Positions 10,529 to 17,982 of a DNA stretch of 62,595 nt are shown in pieces; within the stretch, counting starts at the first letter, position 1, and every line of letters begins with the position of its first letter. The position numbers and the translations under genes are program-made. This DNA is from Gammaproteobacteria bacterium. Its GTDB lineage: Bacteria > Pseudomonadota > Gammaproteobacteria > Enterobacterales > Alteromonadaceae. The notes beneath the pieces were generated by a model. The model made no database searches. It saw nothing but the letters and a program-made list of their open reading frames with translations, and was not told the origin of the DNA. The DNA lies in contig NVTW01000009.1 of assembly GCA_002401725.1 (NCBI GenBank), positions 32,258 through 94,852 of the forward strand, given 5' to 3'.

Positions 10529-12178
10529 GTGCGTATTCAACGGCTTTATAAAATACTAAAAACATTTTTACAGTACGGTTTAGACGAATTAGTACCCAAA
10601 AAAATGTTACCTTGGTACGCCAAATTAGCCCGTTTTAGCTTGTTTTGGCTGCGTAATAAACATCAAAACGAAAGTACTGCACAACGATTTCGTTTAGCCA
10701 TAGAAACATTAGGCCCGGTGTTTATTAAGTTTGGCCAAATGTTATCCACTCGTCGCGATTTATTACCCCCTGATTTTTCTAATGAATTAGCCCTGCTGCA
10801 AGATAAAGTAACCCCTTACGATGGCGAACAAGCAAAACAGTTAATCATTCGCGCGATTGGCGAAGAACGCTTTAACCAACACTTTACCGATTTTAACAGC
10901 ACACCCTTAGCTTCTGCGTCTATTGCGCAAGTACATACAGCAACACTGAATATTGATGACACCCAGCACGATATAGTGATCAAAGTATTACGTCCAAATA
11001 TTAGAGAAATCATTTTAGCTGACATCAAAGTAATGTCGTTATTTGCTGGCATCGTTGCCCGTTGGCTACCCGATGGTAAACGCTTACGTCCGGTAGAAGT
11101 AGTTGAAGAATATCGCAAAACCATTATTGATGAACTTGATCTAAATCGCGAAGGCGCCAACGCAATTCAACTAAGACGTAATTTTTCGCAAGGCACCCCG
11201 GAAAGTAAAAAATATGATCACGTTTTATATGTGCCTGAAATTTACAGTGAGTTTTCCCATAAAAACGTACTCGTAATGGAACGAATTTACGGTATTGGTG
11301 TTGGTGAAATAGACGAATTACAGCGCCGCAATGTCAACATGAAATTACTTGCAGAACGTGGCGTGGAAGTATTTTTCACCCAAGTTTTTCGCGATAGTTT
11401 TTTTCATGCCGACATGCATCCGGGTAATGTTTTTGTTGATGCTACTAATCCTGACGATCCCACTTGGATCGCGATTGATTGCGGCATTGTTGGCACATTA
11501 AACAAAGAAGATAAACGTTACTTAGCTGAAAATTTTGTTGCCTTTTTTAATCGTGATTATCGTAAAGTGGCACAATTGCACGTTGACTCAGGCTGGGTAC
11601 CTAAAAATACCAGTGTTGATGAATTCGAATTTGCCATTCGTACCGTGTGCGAACCTATTTTTAATAAACCGTTAGCCGAAATTTCTTTCGGGCAAGTATT
11701 AGTTAACTTATTTAACACCGCACGACGCTTCAATATGGAAGTGCAGCCACAGCTAGTTTTATTACAAAAAACGCTGTTATATATTGAAGGCTTAGGACGC
11801 CAGCTTTATCCACAACTCGACTTATGGCAAACCGCAAAACCCTTTTTAGAAAACTGGGTAAAAGAACAAATGGGTGTAAAAGCGGTATTCAAAAAAATTA
11901 AAGACAACCTACCATTTTGGAATGAAAAACTCCCCGAAATGCCCGACTTACTTTACGACTATTTAACTACTGGTAAGCACCATCATCAACAGCAAAGTGA
12001 GTTATTAACACAACTTGCCAACCAAAACCAACGTCAACAACGCAACATCATTTTTAGTGTGCTGGGCGTCGGTTTTTTAGTGGTAAGTTCTGTTTTATAT
12101 AGTCAACAACAAATAATGATTGCAGGTGTTTGTGCCGCAATAAGTGCTCTTTTTATGCTTTCGTCGTTACGGAAATAG
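10529..12178 (+). CDS. ubiB: ubiquinone biosynthesis regulatory kinase-like protein UbiB
   Basis: [19 protein letters not shown] and [18 protein letters not shown] resemble E. coli UbiB. ABC1-kinase motif HADMHPGN. C-terminal TM helices. GTG start. Confidence 0.92.
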   Translation: MRIQRLYKILKTFLQYGLDELVPKKMLPWYAKLARFSLFWLRNKHQNESTAQRFRLAIETLGPVFIKFGQMLSTRRDLLPPDFSNELALLQDKVTPYDGEQAKQLIIRAIGEERFNQHFTDFNSTPLASASIAQVHTATLNIDDTQHDIVIKVLRPNIREIILADIKVMSLFAGIVARWLPDGKRLRPVEVVEEYRKTIIDELDLNREGANAIQLRRNFSQGTPESKKYDHVLYVPEIYSEFSHKNVLVMERIYGIGVGEIDELQRRNVNMKLLAERGVEVFFTQVFRDSFFHADMHPGNVFVDATNPDDPTWIAIDCGIVGTLNKEDKRYLAENFVAFFNRDYRKVAQLHVDSGWVPKNTSVDEFEFAIRTVCEPIFNKPLAEISFGQVLVNLFNTARRFNMEVQPQLVLLQKTLLYIEGLGRQLYPQLDLWQTAKPFLENWVKEQMGVKAVFKKIKDNLPFWNEKLPEMPDLLYDYLTTGKHHHQQQSELLTQLANQNQRQQRNIIFSVLGVGFLVVSSVLYSQQQIMIAGVCAAISALFMLSSLRK

Positions 12179-12355
12179 CATGAGCTTAAATAAATTATTT
12201 TTTTGTTTTCATACTTTTTTACTGACAACTTACCAACATACAGATAAATTTATTTTAAAAAATTAGCTAAAACTTGATATCCATCAAAAACACTTTCAGA
12301 TTATTTAGTTAGTCTTATTGTCCCACCAATCTTTTTAACGTGTGTAATTGGGCTA

Positions 12356-12616
12356 ATGACAACAAAAACTGAAAGCTATATAAAGATGTTAATGGCATCT
12401 AACATGCTACAACCCGTCGACGACAGAGCAGCAGAACTCTATGGGCGAATCGATGCAAAAGAGCGTATGGCAGAATATTTACAAGACCTTTGCCCATCAG
12501 TACTTGGATTGAATGTTACCACTGAGCAATGCGTAAAATTTGAAAAAAGCTGCGGGATTAATTTTTTAGAAATAGCTGAAGTGATTATGGCAAGACAAGA
12601 TGAACTAGACGAATAA
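12356..12616 (+). CDS. hypothetical small protein (shares an FE.xCGINF motif with prophage ORF 29391-29870)
   Basis: 86-aa ORF in the accessory island. No family recognised. Confidence 0.4.
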   Translation: MTTKTESYIKMLMASNMLQPVDDRAAELYGRIDAKERMAEYLQDLCPSVLGLNVTTEQCVKFEKSCGINFLEIAEVIMARQDELDE

Positions 12617-12843
12617 ACGTCCCAGCATTACTTAAAACAGCAAATCAACATAGACAATATCAAGCCAATTCAGTTAAAAGTATAAACATATTATCAAATG
12701 ATGAAACATTAAGGTTACAGGGCTTTTACGAAAGATAGTGACCAATGATCATAATTTTACACCTGTAGTGCTTGTCATTCATTTATTGTTAGTATACAGT
12801 TTGTTACCTTAGATGTAATAAACCGTATACCAATAGGTAAGTA

Positions 12844-13371
12844 ATGAGTAAGTCTGAAAAACTCACATCGGCTATAGCCAAATCAATAGCCTCTGGAGGT
12901 AGTGTCTTTGATATTGCTGAACTTGCCTATTTTTTAGGTGAGCAGGTAACACCAAAACTTAACAAGTTTTTATCTGATTGTGTTAAAAAGGGCACACTGA
13001 TAAGAGTAGCAAAAGGCATATACACCAGCTCAATTACTCCTCCCGATCTATCAAAAGCACTTTTTAATGTTGCCAAAAAGCTAAGAGCTGATTTTTTTAA
13101 CTATATTAGCCTTGAAAGCCAACTAAGCCATACGGGTGATATATCGCAAATCACCATGGATAGGTTAACAATTATGACTAAAGGAAGAAAAGGAGAATTT
13201 GATACAGTTTACGGTATCGTCGAATTTATTCATACTAAGAAAACCCTAGCGCAATTAGAAAATGATGTGTACTTTGACTTCGATATTAAAATGTTCCGAG
13301 CAAGTACAAGTCGGGCAATAGCGGATCTAAAAGCTTGTCGACGCAATACCCATATGCTGGAGAAAAGTTAA
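12844..13371 (+). CDS. AbiEi-like antitoxin (type IV TA, N-terminal wHTH)
   Basis: VFDIAELAYFLGE…L..CVKKGTLIRVAKGIYTS resembles the AbiEi_4 N-terminal domain. Its stop overlaps the next ATG (TAATG). Confidence 0.55.
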   Translation: MSKSEKLTSAIAKSIASGGSVFDIAELAYFLGEQVTPKLNKFLSDCVKKGTLIRVAKGIYTSSITPPDLSKALFNVAKKLRADFFNYISLESQLSHTGDISQITMDRLTIMTKGRKGEFDTVYGIVEFIHTKKTLAQLENDVYFDFDIKMFRASTSRAIADLKACRRNTHMLEKS

Positions 13372-13739
13372 TGCTATCGCGTTACATCAATCAAATTCTA
13401 AAGCAGCACCCTGAATATGCAGGAATAATCCCTGTGATTGAAAAAGAAATTTTACATCATGACATCATGCATGTTCTCGTAAAGCAAGGAGCCTTACAAC
13501 AGCTAACATTCATTGGTGGAACATCGCTCAGACTCTGTTATAACAGCTCTCGGCTTTCAGAAGATCTAGATTTCAATGGCGGCCATAACTTCAAGCCATC
13601 AGATTTCAATGGACTTGAAAATGATATTCAGCACTACCTTTCAAAAAAACACGAAGTTAAGGTATGGGTAAATAAACCGAATCAAGAAAAACAAGGTAAT
13701 TATCAGACGTCAACTACTTTGGCCGACCGGTCAAGTTAA
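13371..13739 (+). pseudogene. AbiEii/DUF1814 nucleotidyltransferase toxin, N-terminal ~120 aa only (3'-truncated)
   Basis: FIGGTSLRLCYNSSRLSEDLDF matches the nucleotidyltransferase GG[ST]…R.S.D[IL]DF motif. Full-length family members are about twice this size. Confidence 0.6.
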
Positions 13740-13794
13740 TTGTCGCCTAATAATAGACCCTAAAACATTTTGGAGTGCTGAGATTACAGCCAAA

Positions 13795-14205
13795 ATGAGC
13801 GTAGATTTCTGCCAAGAAATATATCCAAGTCAATTATTCCTTGAAGAGGTAAAAAAAGGAGAGCCTTCAAAACAATTTGCCAAAGTAAAAAACAATCACA
13901 ACAATGAAGAGGGCGTCAGTTTTAATTCAGTTAAAATCGGAGCCGCGATACAAATGATCGATGATTGGTATAGTGACGGAGTATCTAAGCCTATACGCGC
14001 TCATGAGTATGGAGCTGATAGCGAATTAATCATTGCACGACGTCCTCCTCAATCTAAACTAGATTTCTATTCATTACTCTCTAACTCTGAAAAGTATTTA
14101 AATGTACTATCGACCGTAAAAAACAACCAAATTCCCCCTGAGATTTTGTATGTTTTTTCTATTCTTATAAAAGGCGGAATGTTTCAAAAAAAGGGAGAAC
14201 ATTAG
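13795..14205 (+). pseudogene. cas7f: Cas7f (Csy3) C-terminal fragment; the frame is open and possibly homologous from ~13750
   Basis: QEIYPSQ…IGAAIQMIDDWY…SKLDFYSLL…ILIKGGMF aligns with PA14 Csy3 QEVFPSQ…IGNALRTIDTWY…QKLDFYTLL…NLIRGGVF. The N-terminal two-thirds of the protein are absent. Confidence 0.75.
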
Positions 14206-14262
14206 TGTGCGTTATTATTTTATGATTCGATTTTTACCGTCCAAGGCAACATCCCTTTATTA

Positions 14263-14820
14263 ATGGGGCGGTGTATTTCAACGTTGCACAACTATATATC
14301 AAAGAATAAAATTCAAGATTTAGGTGTTAACTTTCCGGATTGGTCTGCGTCTTCAATAGTCCAAGTTATTTCTTTCATTCATAAGGACACTAGAACCTTA
14401 GATGACCTTAAAAAGCAGGCTTATTTTATTGATATGCTTGATTGCGGGTTCTTCAAAATAAGTGAGACACTTTTAGTTCCAAGCACTTGCCAGGAAGTTC
14501 GTTTTGTTAGAAATCAGTCAATTTCAAAATTATTTCAAGGCAGTGCTAAAAGGAGGTTAAAACGTATTAAAAAGAGAGCGGAGAGCCAGGGACGTTCTTT
14601 TAATCCCCAAAAAACAATACCTCCAAAAGAAGTCGATATGTTTCATAGAGTTTTAATGAACAGTTCAAGTAATCAACACGATTTTATAATACACATTCAA
14701 AAAGAAAGTAATATGGAAATATCTACACCTTGCTTTAATAGCTATGGTCTTTCAACGAATCAGTTATTTAAAGGAACAGTACCAGACTTATCAAAACTAG
14801 TTTTAGAAAATAATTTTTAG
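14263..14820 (+). CDS. cas6f: Cas6f (Csy4) CRISPR endoribonuclease; the N-terminal strand is encoded in another frame upstream (14207-14263), so probably inactivated
   Basis: STLHNY…LGVNFPDW…VRFVRNQS…AKRRLKRIKKRA…FNSYGLS…GTVP aligns with PA14 Csy4 GKLHQA…IGVSFPDL…RQVSRVQA…ERLRRRLMRR…FTCYGLSKGGFVPWF. Confidence 0.8.
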   Translation: MGRCISTLHNYISKNKIQDLGVNFPDWSASSIVQVISFIHKDTRTLDDLKKQAYFIDMLDCGFFKISETLLVPSTCQEVRFVRNQSISKLFQGSAKRRLKRIKKRAESQGRSFNPQKTIPPKEVDMFHRVLMNSSSNQHDFIIHIQKESNMEISTPCFNSYGLSTNQLFKGTVPDLSKLVLENNF

Positions 14821-14935
14821 ATATTAACCATTGGATCGAAAATAGACTTAAACGAAGAAAAAATGAGGTTTTTTACAAAAAAGAACATGCGGTTCGCATG
14901 AACTTTTAACCAATATGGCTATATTTTAAAACTGA

Positions 14936-15223
14936 ATGGGGGGAATAATGGAGCAAACAAATAAGACTGAGCTAGAAAGTAATGAATCTAATTTTCCAAA
15001 CATGGCGCAGTGTTGCGGGAAGTTTTTTGACGAAAATGAAAAGTCCTATTTATTTTTGACATTAGTTGCTTGGGCTGGCTCAGATATTAAAGCTACAGCC
15101 TGGTTTAAATCTGAGACCATTTCAGCATTTGGCGGTAAAACAGCACTTGAACTTTGCAAAAACAATCAACCAGATGCCGTGATTAAATACATTCGCCACA
15201 TAGAGCAAGGAGGGTTTGCATAG
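14936..15223 (+). CDS. DUF2384 (Xre/MbcA/ParS-type antitoxin C-terminal domain) protein, orphan
   Basis: C-terminus WFKSETISAFGGKTALELCKNNQPDAVIKYIRHIEQGGF fits the DUF2384 pattern (W…lgG.tPlel…g…v…L..ie.G). No RES-type partner follows. Confidence 0.55.
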   Translation: MGGIMEQTNKTELESNESNFPNMAQCCGKFFDENEKSYLFLTLVAWAGSDIKATAWFKSETISAFGGKTALELCKNNQPDAVIKYIRHIEQGGFA

Positions 15224-15293
15224 TGTATTCTTATATATTAAAGCTACAAGTTGAACAGAGCAAAAAAAACTTTCTGATAAGGATGGATATGGT

Positions 15294-15506
15294 ATGAACG
15301 ATGCTGCTAATAATGAAACAGCACAACATGCTATGCAAAAGCTTTTTGACGCCAACGAAAACATGGCAACAATTGCTCTAACTAAAAATGGAGTTGTAGC
15401 GTACCATTTCGGAGAGAACGGTGGGATGGCTATAAATCCAGCGTGGGCAGAAATTGTCATTAACGCTGTTAAAGAACTGTCTAAATTAGAACAGAATGAT
15501 GGGTAA
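15294..15506 (+). CDS. hypothetical 70-aa ORF ending on the first CRISPR repeat (may be leader, not coding)
   Basis: ORF only. The TAA stop at 15504-15506 abuts/overlaps repeat 1. Confidence 0.3.
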   Translation: MNDAANNETAQHAMQKLFDANENMATIALTKNGVVAYHFGENGGMAINPAWAEIVINAVKELSKLEQNDG

Positions 15507-15653
15507 TAACCTGCCGAATAGGCAGCTGAAAATTATAATACCATTACATCATATCGAAAAACAATATGAACTACCGAATAGGTAGCTGAAGAAAAAAACA
15601 ATCGATTCGAAGTTTATGTAAACCATAACCCTGCCGAACAGGCAGGAAAAGCC
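15506..15653 (+). CRISPR. mini CRISPR array, type I-F-like: 3 repeats (28 nt) and 2 spacers (32 nt)
   Basis: R1 ATAACCTGCCGAATAGGCAGCTGAAAAT (15506-15533). S1 TATAATACCATTACATCATATCGAAAAACAAT. R2 ATGAACTACCGAATAGGTAGCTGAAGAA (15566-15593). S2 AAAAACAATCGATTCGAAGTTTATGTAAACCA. R3 TAACCCTGCCGAACAGGCAGGAAAAGCC (15626-15653). Stems start at 15511, 15571 and 15631, an exact 60-nt period. The core resembles the I-F repeat GTTCACTGCCGTATAGGCAGCTAAGAAA. Confidence 0.8.
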
Positions 15654-15680
15654 TTTTATATGGAATTAATAGGCTTTTTG
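15647..15680 (+). terminator. rho-independent terminator closing the array transcript
   Basis: AAAAGCCT (15647-15654) pairs with AGGCTTTT (15671-15678), followed by a T-run. Confidence 0.55.
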
Positions 15681-15717
15681 TAATTTTATTACATCCAACA
15701 AATAGATAGCAAACCAA

Positions 15718-15822
15718 TTTGTCAAAGTATGGTTAAGTAGTTTTGACAACGTATGGGTTTATAGGTTTTGTAAGTCATTGTTTTATAACACCGCCATTTG
15801 ACAGAGTATGGATTTAGCTACA
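15718..15822. mobile_element. Tn7-like transposon left end (three TnsB-type binding repeats, terminal …ACA)
   Basis: TTTGTCAAAGTATGGTTAA (15718-15736), TTTGACAACGTATGGGTTT (15742-15760), TTTGACAGAGTATGGATTT (15797-15815), then AGCTACA ending at 15822. Read inward this is TGTAGCTAAATCCATAC…, the Tn7-family 5'-TGT tip with dispersed left-end-type sites. Confidence 0.62.
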
Positions 15823-15893
15823 AAAAACATCACAATTTTAGATGAGAATGCTGCTAATTCTCATTTCGCTCTTTATTAGGAACATTTTACCGT

Positions 15894-17821
15894 ATGCGCG
15901 TTTCCACCTTTTCTCGTTTATCTGCGATTGCCATAGGCATTTTTATCATTCTTTTTATTGGTACTATGTATCAAATTTCTACTACGCTAACAAAAAGTAA
16001 AATTCAACTCGCTAATTATCAACAATTAAAATCATTAGCGACCATTGACTTTTATCGTACTATTGCAATTTATTTGCAGCATGGTGACGCCAGTTTACTC
16101 AATAAAGCTGAACATCAGCTTGACCGTATTATTAATATTACAGCACGTATTGGTATTAAATCGTTCGAACAAAACTTAAATATCCAAGTGATTCAATTAA
16201 AAAGGGATTTAAAACAAAAATTTCGTGCTATGGGTAAATTAAGTGGTGATCCATATATTTTAATCAAGAACAACGAACAAGGTCTGATCTCGTTAAATAC
16301 TGAACTGCAAAACTACGCACAAAACAGTACAGAACTGGCCAGTAAAGAACAAAAAGTATATCTTAATATCACTCAAAATATCGCCAAGCAATACTTCACG
16401 CCAGAGAACACTTATTTTCAACTAAATCCATAGATACCCGTGATATTGATAATAAAATAACTCAACTAATAGTACTAATATCCCAATTAAAGAAGTTACC
16501 TCTGCTCGGTATCTACCCTGCCGTAGAAAATGATGATGATGAATTATTACTTGGTGAAGAAGATAATAGCGATCTGAGTGAAGATGCAATAAACGAACTA
16601 TCCTCTTTAGCACAGCGTTATCATGGTGAAATTGCTAATACCATCAAGCTCACTTCTCAAAAACGAAATGGTTTAGAATTATTAACAAGTTCTGTAGCGG
16701 CTATTGAACACTACATCCTACAAGCGGAAAAAGAAATAAATCAACAACAAGATCACGTAAATCAACTATTAAAATCTATAATCAGCGTTTTATTGGCATT
16801 TCTCATTGTTTTTCTTGCGTCAAATTATGGGCTAATGCGTTCAGTAGTACTTAACCCTTTACGTAAATTACGCGACAGTTTTGTTCAACTTGATCAACAA
16901 GGACAAGTAGATAACATTTTGGGGATCAATCCAAAAACTGAATTGGGACAAATTGCTAGTAGTTTTAATAAATTAGTCAACAAACTTGCTGAAGATGATA
17001 AACAAAAAGCTCATCAACTCAATTTAGTTTCGAATGCTTTACAGTCAATGGAAAATCAAGCTGAGCATATCCTTCACTCGTCACACAGTACTACCGGACA
17101 CCTTAGCGATGTTCGCACCATAATGACCACACTAACCACAGTTACCAATACGGTAAGTGCCTTGTCTCAGCAAGTAGTTGACAATGCCCAAGCTACACAA
17201 CTAGCCATGACTAAAAGTCAATCTCAAGTAAATCAAGTGATTGCAGCAAGTAATTCTACCAATGTTGCGACCATTTCTGCGCAAAAATCTATTCAATCTT
17301 TAGGCGATTCTGTCGACAGTGTCAGTAGTATTGTTGGTGTGATCAGCGCTATAGCCGATCAGACAAATTTACTCGCCTTAAATGCCGCCATTGAAGCGGC
17401 GCGAGCGGGTGAACATGGTCGTGGTTTTTCGGTGGTTGCTGACGAAGTAAGAAAATTAGCAGGTAAAACTCAGGAATCATTACAGCAAGTCAGTAAACGT
17501 TTAGAAAATTTACAAACTGCTAGCCAAGCTTTAGAAAATAACATGCAAGGAATAGAGCAAGCGTCTAGTCAGCAGCAAACAATTTCACAACAACTAAAAA
17601 ACAATGCTGAAGAGGTACTAAATCAAGCGCTAACCTCAGCTTCTGTTGCCCATACTACAATGCAGCATATTACCAATCAGCAACAGCAATTCATTAGTTT
17701 TGAGTCGGCCATCAACAAAGTAAATAACGAAGTAAATCAATCCAGTGATCTGGCTAAAAACATTTCTAATGATGTTGTACGCCAAGTTAGTGACATAAAT
17801 CAAACCTTGATTGTTGCTTAA
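15894..17821 (+). pseudogene. methyl-accepting chemotaxis protein interrupted by one frameshift (or a sequencing error)
   Basis: The N-terminal TM and sensor ORF stops at 16433. The frame carrying TM2/HAMP/signalling domain (…[32 protein letters not shown]…) is open from 16367 and continues to 17821. Confidence 0.8.
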
Positions 17822-17982
17822 CAAGCACAGACAAGGCAAAATCCCCTTTATTTAGAATGAATGGGTAGATATCTTGCTTAGGCTTAGCGTTAAAATTGCA
17901 CAACCATCAAACCAACAGATAAATTTAGCTGAATTAGCCCAAAAAGGCTCAACCAGTGTAATGACTAATTCCACACCTTAGC

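Noticed and set aside
9218-11160. Minus-strand ORFs 9218-9616, 9739-9930 and 10816-11160 inside ubiE/ubiJ/ubiB
   Set aside because: They are shadow ORFs opposite conserved genes and match no recognisable family.
12000-12178. ubiB 3' end as the protospacer (homing target) for either array spacer
   Set aside because: By-eye comparison of both spacers and their reverse complements with the last ~180 nt of ubiB found no match. The idea is kept only as a geometry-based hypothesis to test genome-wide.
12179-12843. Search for the matching Tn7-like right end (inverted AAnCCATACnnTGtCAAA sites) and tnsABC between ubiB and abiEi
   Set aside because: I found only weak partial matches (e.g. ATATCCATCAAAAACAC at ~12287 and AAACCGTATACCAAT at ~12821) and no transposase-sized ORF. 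The right end cannot be supported from this window.
15294-15506. 70-aa ORF as the RES/ParT-type toxin partner of the DUF2384 protein
   Set aside because: It is far too short and lacks the R-E-S residue pattern. It may not be coding at all.
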